Source: a virus (lineage: Duplodnaviria > Caudoviricetes). From it: 64,000 nt of DNA. Location of the stretch: IMG/VR virus record IMGVR_UViG_3300031857_000156, positions 79 to 64,078 of that record; one strand, given 5' to 3'. Positions 32,542 through 40,274 of this stretch are shown in pieces. How positions within the stretch are numbered: the stretch's first letter is position 1; the number at the start of each line of letters is the position of its first letter. The notes below the pieces were generated by a model. That model worked only from the letters and a program-made list of their open reading frames with translations. It was not told the origin of the DNA and ran no database searches. The position numbers and the translations under genes were made by a program.

Positions 32542-33497
32542 ACTGAGATAAATCCCTCACTTGCCAAGAATGGTTTGTCAACAATGACATGAACGCACTG
32601 TTTCGGATCAATTTTCTTGATTTTTTGTATGTACCTGCGCTTTAGGCGCCCGTTTTTGTCTTCCAGCCTGAATGTCAGTCTATAATTCGGCCCAATCTCA
32701 GGCGTGTACAGCATGGTCTTACACCCCAGCGACTCAACCAGCGCCTGGTAGCGCCTAACTGTCGGGTAGTGGGGCTCGTAAATCGCGTATTTCTTCTCGT
32801 GGTTGTCCCACACCACATAAAAGCACGCGTCTATCAGACCCTCCAGCAGCTCCTCCCGTTGCTCGGGCGAGCTCTCCACGTAACTAAACGGCAGAGTCGT
32901 TGGGATGTCTGCGCCGGCAAACAAAAACGTGTCCTTGATCGATGGCCGGAACTCAAACTTAAAGCGGCCCACGTTAAACTGTTTCACCTTCATAAAAAAC
33001 CCGTGCCCGCGGCACCGCTTTCTCACCCGCTCCAGATCCATCTTGCCTACCATGTTCCTGCCTGACGGCCGCAACGACCCCAGCCAGATACCCATCACAT
33101 AGGGCGGCACCGGCAGATCCTTCCACGTGTACTGCAGCGGCTCGCACACTTGTATGGACCAAGTCTCTGGTTCTTTTTTAACCAGCTCGTCCATTGACAA
33201 GAGCTTGATCTTCGAGCGCAGTGGCTTAGAATACTTCTTGCCGCGGTTCTTAACCCACCGCGACAAGTTGTCTCTATACGTCTTATCTTGCAGCGGGAGC
33301 GCCATGTGAGAGTCGCCCTCTAGCCCCAGCCCATCATCAAACGACACCTGATAGCACGCGCTCGGTATGTACTGCTGCACCGATCTCACCGGCTGGGCGC
33401 AGCCCGCTTGGTCAAACACAAGATCTCCAGGGCGCAAGTCGATTGCCCGCCGCCAGCCACTAAGCGTGGGTATTGGCGTTGTCGCTGCTAGTCCCAT
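32535..33497 (-). CDS. Free-standing intein-like protein (HINT plus LAGLIDADG endonuclease)
   Basis: Block A-like GLAATTPIPTLSGW...DLRPGDLVFD; endonuclease blocks PYVMGIWLG and LLEGLIDA; C-terminal CVHVIVD...FLASEGFI; no exteins. Confidence 0.8.
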   Translation of the reverse strand: MGLAATTPIPTLSGWRRAIDLRPGDLVFDQAGCAQPVRSVQQYIPSACYQVSFDDGLGLEGDSHMALPLQDKTYRDNLSRWVKNRGKKYSKPLRSKIKLLSMDELVKKEPETWSIQVCEPLQYTWKDLPVPPYVMGIWLGSLRPSGRNMVGKMDLERVRKRCRGHGFFMKVKQFNVGRFKFEFRPSIKDTFLFAGADIPTTLPFSYVESSPEQREELLEGLIDACFYVVWDNHEKKYAIYEPHYPTVRRYQALVESLGCKTMLYTPEIGPNYRLTFRLEDKNGRLKRRYIQKIKKIDPKQCVHVIVDKPFLASEGFISVC

Positions 33498-33684
33498 GTC
33501 TCTTTGTCTTTTTCCTAGTCCGGTCGTTTAGTAGGGCGCGCTGTGATGCGCCAGGAGACAGCCAAATCTCCTTGAAGTAACCATCGAGCTTGCGCTTATT
33601 GGTGTACGCAAAGAAGATGTAGCCATCCATCCTAAGATCCCCTCTGCGGAATTGGCTGTTTGTTTGTGGGTTAATTCGCTTCAT
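33460..33684 (-). CDS. Small basic protein
   Basis: 74 aa with GGAGG RBS and a promoter motif at 33705-33715. Confidence 0.65.
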   Translation of the reverse strand: MKRINPQTNSQFRRGDLRMDGYIFFAYTNKRKLDGYFKEIWLSPGASQRALLNDRTRKKTKRHGTSSDNANTHA

Positions 33685-33730
33685 ACCAGTGCCTCCATAT
33701 ACCTACTTATACAAAAAATAAATGGGGACA

Positions 33731-33951
33731 GCTGTCAAGGGTTGCGGGGGTTGCGGGGGTCTAAACCAGGTCCCCCTCTCGGTTTATATTTTTTATTTTC
33801 AAAAAAAAAATAAAAGTGAAATAGACCCCCGCAACCCCCGCAACCCTTGACAGCAAAAAAATTTTACCAACAAAATCAATAACTTACAAAAGTGCGGCAT
33901 AGAGAAAAAAGGGCCTCAGACCCTTGACACGACCCCGGCAACCCTTGACAA
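33731..33951. repeat. Origin-like element, copy 1 (33-bp perfect inverted arms around an AT-rich core, extra iterons, IHF-like site)
   Basis: Arms at 33731-33763 and 33822-33854; AATCAATAACTTA at 33874-33886 fits WATCAAN4TTR. Confidence 0.8.
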
Positions 33952-33971
33952 CTTGTCCGCACAAGCAAAAG

Positions 33972-34002
33972 TTATCCAAAGTTATCCACAGAGTTATCCA
34001 CA
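33972..34002 (+). promoter_or_regulatory. Three tandem DnaA boxes
   Basis: TTATCCAAA at 33972, TTATCCACA at 33982 and 33994. Confidence 0.8.
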
Positions 34003-34155
34003 GGTTGCCTATTTTTAGGGTTGTCTCTATACCTGTCTCTATACGCAAAAAAATATAAAAAAAATTGCAAAAACTGTCGATTTGGGGTGGGGCCACCACC
34101 GCCCTCCCCGACAGGACCCGTTCAGGTGGTCCGTCCCTATTTTCGACCCCCGTTA

Positions 34156-34467
34156 TGTTGCAGCGCACCAATTTGCTGCATTGCAGCACCCCCAGTTAGT
34201 GCTCACTAACTTTGTGCAGTGCAACAAGTAAGTGAGCACTAACTAACCTGTATGCGGCAGTGCAACACCCCCAGCGAGCGCACACTAACTTATATGCTGC
34301 AGTGCACCACCCCCAGTGAGCGCTCACTAACATATTGCAGCGCGGCAATTAGGTTAGTGAGCGCACACTAACATGCAGGCAGGCACGCGTCTTGCCTTAG
34401 CAAGAATCATGCCAAGCTGGCCATGCAAGAATCGTGCCAGATTGCCGGCTAAGTTAGTGAGTGCTCG
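34156..34467. repeat. Array of two alternating operator-like motifs plus three sigma54-type sites
   Basis: Six TGnTGCAnnGCAnCA-like and six GTTAGTGAGCGCTCACTAAC-like motifs; GGCAY-N5-TTGC at 34381(+), 34398(-) and 34424(-). Confidence 0.8.
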
Positions 34468-34532
34468 CGAGCGCGAGCTAGACATCTGGGCATAAAGTAA
34501 CCACAACGACAGCAGGGAGAATCCAGCAGGCA

Positions 34533-34560
34533 AAAACCACCCTGAAAAAACCAGTATATT
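34533..34560 (+). promoter_or_regulatory. Early promoter repeat 1
   Basis: AAAACCACCCTGAAAAAACCAG-TATATT; one of five near-identical 28-mers. Confidence 0.8.
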
Positions 34561-34589
34561 GAGACCATTACATAACAGGAGATCTCACC

Positions 34590-34889
34590 ATGGCGGCATC
34601 CCCAGAATTTAAGCTTTACGACGCAGCAGGCACCTATCAGGCAGCCTGCAAACAGCCTGAGCAGGCAGCAGCCCTTGTTTCTTTTTTAGGCGACGGCGCC
34701 ACCATCCGCTACGGCCACACCAAAAAAGACATCGTGTGGACCGAGGGAGTGGACGGCGCAGCTTCCGACTCTTATGACCAAACAGCAAACAAGGTCGTTG
34801 ACCGGCTGTTTGCGCGCAGCGTTGAGCGCCAACGTCAAAGGGATTTTGACCGATGGGGCGGCGAGCGCCGGCTGTATCCCTTAGATTGA
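34590..34889 (+). CDS. Early hypothetical protein
   Basis: AGGAG RBS, first gene after the promoter. Confidence 0.75.
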   Translation: MAASPEFKLYDAAGTYQAACKQPEQAAALVSFLGDGATIRYGHTKKDIVWTEGVDGAASDSYDQTANKVVDRLFARSVERQRQRDFDRWGGERRLYPLD

Positions 34890-34893
34890 CCCA

Positions 34894-34945
34894 GCATCAC
34901 TGATGAGGCCTGAATGGCCGAAACCCCGGCGACGGGGTCTGATGC
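34894..34945 (+). ncRNA. Hammerhead ribozyme, type I (HH1)
   Basis: Stem I GCATCA/TGATGC, core CTGATGA, stem II GGCC/GGCC, GAAA, stem III CCCCG/CGGGG, GTC site; predicted cut after 34939. Confidence 0.93.
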
Positions 34946-34967
34946 AATCACAACAGGAGCACACACC

Positions 34968-35684
34968 ATGCATAAAACGTTACTCACCGTCGACACGAAT
35001 GCCAAGACGGTTAAGGGTCAAAAATACGGGTTCATTACAGGCATTCTGTATATGGCGCCGTCGGATCTGTCGGGCCAGCAATTCTGCCCCATGGCCAAGC
35101 TGGCCGGCTGCGAGGCAGCTTGTTTAAATACAGCCGGCCGCGGCGCCATGTCGTCAGTGCAGCGGGCCCGTCTGTCGAAAGCCCGGTTTTTCATCCAGCA
35201 GCGCGACGATTTCATGGACGTGCTCGCTGCTGACGTAGCCCGGCTGCAGCGCCGCGCTGCCAAGCTTGGCATGACGCCGCTGGTCCGTCTCAACGGCACG
35301 TCTGACATTCGTTGGGAGTCGATCCGCATGCGCGACGGCCGGACAATCTTCGAGGCATTTCCCGGCGTGCAGTTTTACGATTACACGAAGATTGCCAATC
35401 GACGCGACATTCCGGCCAATTACGATCTAACGTTTTCATGGTCCGGCGTCGCAGCATTCGCCGAGTACGGCCGGCGCGCCATCGATGCAGGCATGCGCGT
35501 CGCCGTCGTATTCCAAGACCGTCGCAGCATCCCGGCGTCGTATCTTGGCATGCAGTGCGTCGATGGCGACGACAGCGACATTCGCCACCTTGATCCGCGC
35601 GGCGTCGTCGTAGCGCTGTATGCCAAGGGTAAAGCAAAACGCGACACGTCCGGCTTCGTGATCCCGATCAAGCTTGTGGCGTAA
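34968..35684 (+). CDS. Gp88-like protein (radical-SAM-like Cys motif)
   Basis: CPMA...GCEAACL, RLNGTSDI, FYDYTK and NYDLTFS motifs; ATG at 34968 after AGGAG. Confidence 0.75.
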   Translation: MHKTLLTVDTNAKTVKGQKYGFITGILYMAPSDLSGQQFCPMAKLAGCEAACLNTAGRGAMSSVQRARLSKARFFIQQRDDFMDVLAADVARLQRRAAKLGMTPLVRLNGTSDIRWESIRMRDGRTIFEAFPGVQFYDYTKIANRRDIPANYDLTFSWSGVAAFAEYGRRAIDAGMRVAVVFQDRRSIPASYLGMQCVDGDDSDIRHLDPRGVVVALYAKGKAKRDTSGFVIPIKLVA

Positions 35685-35688
35685 TCCA

Positions 35689-35740
35689 GCATCACTGACG
35701 AGGCCTCGATGGCCGAAACCCCGGAGACGGGGTCTGATGC
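35689..35740 (+). ncRNA. Hammerhead ribozyme, type I (HH2)
   Basis: Same fold, core CTGACGA, differences confined to unpaired positions; predicted cut after 35734. Confidence 0.93.
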
Positions 35741-35762
35741 AATCACAACAGGAGAAAACACC

Positions 35763-35987
35763 ATGGACGACAATTTAGGAATGGCCGGAAAATACAACGT
35801 CTACCGTTGCGAAGATAACGCCGGGTTTTATTTCGAGCACGAGCAGTACGGTGACGAGCGCTCTGTCCGGGTCAACATTGACCCAGCGACCAAGCAGGCC
35901 TTTGACTACGAGGGCATGTACGAGGTCCCCGCGACGTGTTTGGAGTGGCTCCGCGCCAACGGCGTGAACGTCTCAGACGTCGAATAA
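35763..35987 (+). CDS. Early hypothetical protein
   Basis: AGGAG RBS; flanked by HH2 and HH3. Confidence 0.75.
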   Translation: MDDNLGMAGKYNVYRCEDNAGFYFEHEQYGDERSVRVNIDPATKQAFDYEGMYEVPATCLEWLRANGVNVSDVE

Positions 35988-35990
35988 TCA

Positions 35991-36043
35991 GCATCTCTGA
36001 CGATGGGGTGATTCCCCGAAACCCGCGAGAGCGGGTCAGATGC
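35991..36043 (+). ncRNA. Hammerhead ribozyme, type I (HH3)
   Basis: Stems GCATCT/AGATGC, GGGG/CCCC and CCCGC/GCGGG, core CTGACGA(T), GAAA, GTC; compensatory changes in all three stems; predicted cut after 36037. Confidence 0.9.
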
Positions 36044-36071
36044 AAAACCATCCTGAAAAAACCAGTACAAT
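36044..36071 (+). promoter_or_regulatory. Early promoter repeat 2
   Basis: 28-mer ending in TACAAT. Confidence 0.8.
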
Positions 36072-36099
36072 AGCAACACCACAACACGGAGAAAACACC

Positions 36100-36264
36100 A
36101 TGAGCACACCACAAACCCCAATCACTGTCAGCATGCTGTCCGAGTACATCGGCCAGCATTCGGCAGCGAGCTACTCAGCACTCGCGCTACTGGCTGAAAT
36201 TCTGAACGGCGAGATCGATCTAGAGCAGATCCGCCTCGACGTACTCGCGGAGACACAGCCATGA
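36100..36264 (+). CDS. Early hypothetical protein
   Basis: GGAG RBS with the shared ACACCATG leader. Confidence 0.65.
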   Translation: MSTPQTPITVSMLSEYIGQHSAASYSALALLAEILNGEIDLEQIRLDVLAETQP

Positions 36265-36461
36265 ACATCGACACCATCCCGCAGCAAGTAATCCGCCACA
36301 GCAAAGGGCCCGAGGGCTGGGCCCGCGCCACCATGGGCCCGATCGACGGCCGGCACTGGGACGCCACCGATCGGCAGTGGATCCAGTGGCTGCAGGACCA
36401 GGGGCAGGACGTCGTCACGATCGGCGACACCATGTATCAGATCGTCACGCCGCGGGAATAA
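36261..36461 (+). CDS. Early hypothetical protein
   Basis: ATGA-coupled to the upstream gene. Confidence 0.65.
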   Translation: MNIDTIPQQVIRHSKGPEGWARATMGPIDGRHWDATDRQWIQWLQDQGQDVVTIGDTMYQIVTPRE

Positions 36462-36487
36462 AACCACCCTGAAAAAACCAGTATAAT
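36460..36487 (+). promoter_or_regulatory. Early promoter repeat 3
   Basis: 28-mer ending in a perfect TATAAT. Confidence 0.82.
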
Positions 36488-36498
36488 GTAACGATCAC

Positions 36499-36605
36499 GG
36501 AGGCGGGAAAGTGTGGCTTATGACGGTCCGGACAGCGGCGCAGGCATCAGACCCTGCGTTGAAACCCCGGCCGAAGCTGTCGGGATTCACTGCCCGCCCG
36601 CCTCC
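36499..36605 (+). ncRNA. Candidate structured RNA directly after promoter 3
   Basis: Nested stems GGAGGCGGG/CCCGCCTCC, GACAGC/GCTGTC and GGCGCAGG/CCTGCGTT. Confidence 0.6.
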
Positions 36606-36633
36606 ACCATAACCACAACACGGAGCACACACC

Positions 36634-36912
36634 ATGCAAAAAACGTTCTATTTTTACACAGACCCCGGCCACGGCTGGGTCAAGGTGCCAGTCAATCTGC
36701 TGCACACCCTCGGCATCGCCGGCCAAATTTCGCTGTACTCGTATCAGCGCGGCGACTCGGCGTATCTCGAGGAAGACAGCGACGCCTCGCTGTTCCATCG
36801 CGCATTCTTTGATAAGTACGGCGAATTCCCAGTCTACCGGGAGCGCAACAGCGCGCACAATTATTCGCGCATTCGCAATTATGACAATTACAGGAGCAAT
36901 CACAATGGATAA
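36634..36912 (+). CDS. Early hypothetical protein (DPGHGW motif)
   Basis: GGAG RBS; FYTDPGHGW and YLEEDSD motifs. Confidence 0.75.
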   Translation: MQKTFYFYTDPGHGWVKVPVNLLHTLGIAGQISLYSYQRGDSAYLEEDSDASLFHRAFFDKYGEFPVYRERNSAHNYSRIRNYDNYRSNHNG

Positions 36913-37117
36913 GACAATCAACGACATCTTCGATCGATACTTCGCCGACTGCGAGGCCGGCTACATGGAGGCAGAGCGCCGGCGCCTCGAGCGCGCCCGG
37001 CGCCGCGCTGAGCACGACAATAATCTGCACAGCTGCGGATACCCTCCGCCGGCTGTTATCGATTTAGGCTACACCGACTACGCAAAAGACAGCGCAGCCA
37101 GCCTCAACACAGATTAA
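36905..37117 (+). CDS. Early hypothetical protein
   Basis: AGGAG RBS before the ATG at 36905. Confidence 0.6.
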   Translation: MDKTINDIFDRYFADCEAGYMEAERRRLERARRRAEHDNNLHSCGYPPPAVIDLGYTDYAKDSAASLNTD

Positions 37118-37132
37118 ATAGGGTCAGACACC

Positions 37133-37324
37133 ATGAACTTATATCAGCAAATCATCGCCAAGGCCACCGGCCTCACAGACATCGACAAGATCCGCATGGT
37201 GGAGGATTACATGCGACAGATCTACTTTCACTCAACCCTCAATTGGCAGACACAGTCCCAATTAAACCGCGCCGCGAAGGTCTCGGCCATCGAACTAGAG
37301 GCCTCCGGCTGGGATTTTAAATAG
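37133..37324 (+). CDS. Early hypothetical protein
   Basis: 63 aa, ACACCATG start context. Confidence 0.65.
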   Translation: MNLYQQIIAKATGLTDIDKIRMVEDYMRQIYFHSTLNWQTQSQLNRAAKVSAIELEASGWDFK

Positions 37325-37334
37325 GAGCAACACC

Positions 37335-37625
37335 ATGACAACGACACAACAACAGCCCAAGGTTCAGATGCTGGGCATCAAGATCAAGGCCAAGATCAAC
37401 CTTACCGCGGACGACTGGCAGCTGTACAGCGCCATGTCCGGCCGCGAGACGGCAGCCCGGCGCATGAACCGGGCCATTGAGCGCAAGCTGGCCAAGGGCG
37501 AGATCGGGTCCCTGCTGGACGTGCTGCAACCATACGCCAAGTGGGGGGCCATGGACAGCGAAAGCTACCACACGGTGTACGAGATCCTGCGCCGGCTGGG
37601 CCTGGACGACGACAAGTTTATTTAA
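37335..37625 (+). CDS. Early hypothetical protein
   Basis: AGGAG RBS. Confidence 0.7.
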   Translation: MTTTQQQPKVQMLGIKIKAKINLTADDWQLYSAMSGRETAARRMNRAIERKLAKGEIGSLLDVLQPYAKWGAMDSESYHTVYEILRRLGLDDDKFI

Positions 37626-37651
37626 AACCACCCTCAAAAAACCAGTAAGAT
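37624..37651 (+). promoter_or_regulatory. Early promoter repeat 4
   Basis: 28-mer ending in TAAGAT. Confidence 0.78.
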
Positions 37652-37675
37652 ACTAACCACAAAAGGAGCAACACC

Positions 37676-38482
37676 ATGAAACGCTACACACAATCACGCA
37701 ACGCCGACGGGTTTACGATGGACCAGCTACGGGCCGTCGCGCCGTCTATTTTCGCGGAGCAGCCGGCCGGTAAGGTCTCGGAGCGCTACGGGTTCGTGCC
37801 AACCGTCAGCGTCGTCGAGGAGCTACGCGATCGAGGCCTGCGCCCGGTATTCGCGGGTCAGACACTTTCGCGCGACGTTGACAATCGGCCGTTTGCCAAG
37901 CACCTGATCCGATTCCGCCCGACGTATGCGCCCACCATCGCCGAGCAGTCGCTGCCGGAAGTGGTCCTGATGAATTCGCACGACGGCACGAGCGGGTTTA
38001 GACTTTGGATGGGCATATTCAGGATGGTCTGCTGTAACGGCATCATCGTGTCCGACTCGGTCATGGGTCAGGTATCGGTGCCGCACCGTTCCAACGCCGC
38101 GCAAATTGTCGGCGATCGCTCGGTAGACTTTCTTGGCCGCGTCGATCACATCGAGGACCGTGTCCGCCGATTTATGGACCGCGTGCTGTCGCCGCTCGAG
38201 CAGGGCCAGCTTGCGGAGACCGCGGCGCAGCTTCGCTGGGGATCCAACCGGCCTGCGGGCCTGAAAAACGACGCGCTGCTACAGGCACGCCGTTACGAGG
38301 ACGCTGGAGCTTCGCTGTGGCTGACCTTGAACCGCATCCAGGAGAACATCGTGCAGGGCGGCATGTCGCTCGGACGCCAGCGCCGCAGGCATTCGTACAC
38401 CCGCGCGCTGGGATCGGTTAGCGAGAACGCGCGCATCAACGCGCAGCTTTGGGAGGCCGCCGATAAACTGGTGGCAGCGTAG
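37676..38482 (+). CDS. DUF932/DUF945-family protein
   Basis: APSIFA, SERYGFVPT, NSHDGTS, GIFRMVCCNG and NRIQEN motifs. Confidence 0.85.
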   Translation: MKRYTQSRNADGFTMDQLRAVAPSIFAEQPAGKVSERYGFVPTVSVVEELRDRGLRPVFAGQTLSRDVDNRPFAKHLIRFRPTYAPTIAEQSLPEVVLMNSHDGTSGFRLWMGIFRMVCCNGIIVSDSVMGQVSVPHRSNAAQIVGDRSVDFLGRVDHIEDRVRRFMDRVLSPLEQGQLAETAAQLRWGSNRPAGLKNDALLQARRYEDAGASLWLTLNRIQENIVQGGMSLGRQRRRHSYTRALGSVSENARINAQLWEAADKLVAA

Positions 38483-38497
38483 TGCAGGGGGTGGCCA

Positions 38498-38525
38498 AAA
38501 ACCACCCTCAAAAAACCAGTAAGAT
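38498..38525 (+). promoter_or_regulatory. Early promoter repeat 5
   Basis: Identical to repeat 4. Confidence 0.78.
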
Positions 38526-38550
38526 ACTAACCACAACAGGAGCACACACC

Positions 38551-38784
38551 ATGCAAGAAAAGAAACCAGATCCGTATATCCGCATGCTGGGCATGCCGGC
38601 CGAAGATCTGCGCAGGCAGATTGCCCGCCGACTGGACGAGGGCGAGGACCTGACGATGATGATCGCATCGATCCTGTCCGACGCGCAGGAACTTATCCAG
38701 GGCCGCGATCAAACGCGCGCGCTGCAGGCGATCAATCGCGCCAAGTGGATTTTATTCGAGCACCGAGAGGAGACACAGCTATGA
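38551..38784 (+). CDS. Early hypothetical protein
   Basis: AGGAG RBS, ATG at 38551. Confidence 0.7.
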   Translation: MQEKKPDPYIRMLGMPAEDLRRQIARRLDEGEDLTMMIASILSDAQELIQGRDQTRALQAINRAKWILFEHREETQL

Positions 38785-39149
38785 AAAGCTTTTGGAACAA
38801 CGACAGCGATCTGCAGGACGTTGCAGATCGATTGGCAGAGTTAGTGCCGGCCATGGGGGCCGTCGAGCAGCCACGCAAGAACAAGGCGCTCGAGCGATTC
38901 CGTCGCGCATCGAACTGCTATTATGACCTGTACAACAACGGCCTATGCAACCGCAGGCAGGAGTTTTATAGGATTTTCAAGGTCCGCGTGAGCAACTTCT
39001 ACAAGTATAGGTATAGCCACAGCCTGCGCGGCCGCTACCGCGACATTGACTTCGACAGAATCATGCCAGTCGTCGAGCCCATCATGCGCGAAATCGTGAT
39101 AATTGCGGCTAGCGAGCAAGGCATCGAGGTGAAAGAGGCCACAGCATGA
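38781..39149 (+). CDS. Early hypothetical protein (YYDLYNNG motif)
   Basis: ATGA-coupled, AGGAG RBS. Confidence 0.7.
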   Translation: MKSFWNNDSDLQDVADRLAELVPAMGAVEQPRKNKALERFRRASNCYYDLYNNGLCNRRQEFYRIFKVRVSNFYKYRYSHSLRGRYRDIDFDRIMPVVEPIMREIVIIAASEQGIEVKEATA

Positions 39150-39358
39150 CCAAAAAGACAGCCGGCATCCTCGAGGAAGAGCTGCAGCAGCTTTATTCGC
39201 GGCAGGAGGCCCTCGAGGCCTCGATTGACCCTTGGGACCACAAGGCCGCGGTAAAGTGGCAGCAGATCGAAAATAAGATTCAGCAAGTCACAATGCAGAT
39301 CAACATACTCCACATGAAAGAGGCGCAACATGAAAGTGATTCTAACCGTCTGCTATAA
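39146..39358 (+). CDS. Early hypothetical protein
   Basis: Coupled ORF. Confidence 0.6.
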   Translation: MTKKTAGILEEELQQLYSRQEALEASIDPWDHKAAVKWQQIENKIQQVTMQINILHMKEAQHESDSNRLL

Positions 39359-39503
39359 CCCCAACATCGAGCACGACAGCGATGAGGGCAAAAGCATAGT
39401 AGAATTTTATTACCCGCCACACGTAAGGGACGCGCTCATAGAGTTACTGGGCGCCACCAGCGTGCAGGCCGTATCTGTATCAAGCCAGGACGAGGAAGAG
39501 TAA
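39330..39503 (+). CDS. Early hypothetical protein
   Basis: 57 aa ORF read by eye, GAGG RBS. Confidence 0.5.
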   Translation: MKVILTVCYNPNIEHDSDEGKSIVEFYYPPHVRDALIELLGATSVQAVSVSSQDEEE

Positions 39504-39505
39504 CC

Positions 39506-39703
39506 ATGCCAGTGATTATTACAGTAGAGCAATCAGGCCACGATCTATGGGTCTTCGGAGACGAGGGATCAGAGCACAAGGACTACGAAGAGCAGATGTA
39601 CACGCTGCCGCGCTATGGGGAGGCTGTGCTTGCCCGCGACGCTGCGGACGAGTACGCCAACGCATGGGCCGCGGCAGTCGGCGGCACCGTTCAATACAAA
39701 TAA
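39506..39703 (+). CDS. Early hypothetical protein
   Basis: 65 aa, in tandem with neighbours. Confidence 0.6.
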   Translation: MPVIITVEQSGHDLWVFGDEGSEHKDYEEQMYTLPRYGEAVLARDAADEYANAWAAAVGGTVQYK

Positions 39704-39716
39704 AGGAGCAGCACAA

Positions 39717-39935
39717 ATGCACACAAATTCCATTCGCACCAAAAACGGATTTAGCATTTTTGTGACAGTCACGGACCGCGGCTCAGTGCTGTCTTTTTAC
39801 TCAGACGGCATGCACTCGAGCATCACTTTTGATAACGTTGACGCAAGGGCCCTGGCTGAGCGTATAATTAACGCGGTAGACAATCACCAATTAACCACAA
39901 TCAAGGAGCAAGACCATGCAGAACTTCGGAATTAA
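39717..39935 (+). CDS. Early hypothetical protein
   Basis: AAGGAG RBS before the ATG at 39717. Confidence 0.65.
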   Translation: MHTNSIRTKNGFSIFVTVTDRGSVLSFYSDGMHSSITFDNVDARALAERIINAVDNHQLTTIKEQDHAELRN

Positions 39936-40182
39936 AATTGACCCAGTGCAATCCCGCGCGCTGGCCAAGCGCCTCGAAGAGGCAACGGGTTTCGTCACCG
40001 TGACGTTCCTGAAAAAAGACGGCACCATCCGCAAGATGAATTGCCGCATGGGCGTCACAAAGTATCTCAAAGGCGGCGAGTCAAAGCTCAACGCCAACGA
40101 CTACGTGACGGTCTTCGACATGACTAAGAGCTCGTATCGCGCGATCAACCGCGAGACGATACTCGAGGTCAAAGGAATCTAA
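39916..40182 (+). CDS. SH3/WYL-like beta-barrel protein
   Basis: VTFLKKDGTIRKM...VFDM...YRAI motif. Confidence 0.65.
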   Translation: MQNFGIKIDPVQSRALAKRLEEATGFVTVTFLKKDGTIRKMNCRMGVTKYLKGGESKLNANDYVTVFDMTKSSYRAINRETILEVKGI

Positions 40183-40188
40183 TTCGCT

Positions 40189-40214
40189 GCCCCGTTTGCG
40201 AGACGGGGTTTCTT
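40189..40214 (+). terminator. Possible intrinsic terminator
   Basis: CCCCGTTT-GCGA-GACGGGG followed by TTTCTT. Confidence 0.45.
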
Positions 40215-40274
40215 ACGCGCCAGGGGCCTCGCGTGCGAGAATGGCCCCACCAATAACCACAAAGGGATAACACC

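Noticed and set aside
33884-34209. ORFs 33884..34189(-) and 34021..34209(+)
   Set aside because: They overlie DnaA boxes and repeats, lack an RBS and have implausible composition.
34156-34467. Possible CRISPR array
   Set aside because: Repeats are degenerate and alternate between two motifs without unique constant-length spacers; no cas operon (the DUF2800 nuclease is a standard replication-module gene).
34914-34967. Upstream starts giving MAETP... N-termini (34914, 35709) and MQNHP... (36040)
   Set aside because: These ATGs lie inside hammerheads; RBS-supported starts are at 34968, 35763 and 36100.
36513-36812. 99-aa ORF over the structured RNA
   Set aside because: Weak start context, and it overlaps a better-supported gene in another frame.
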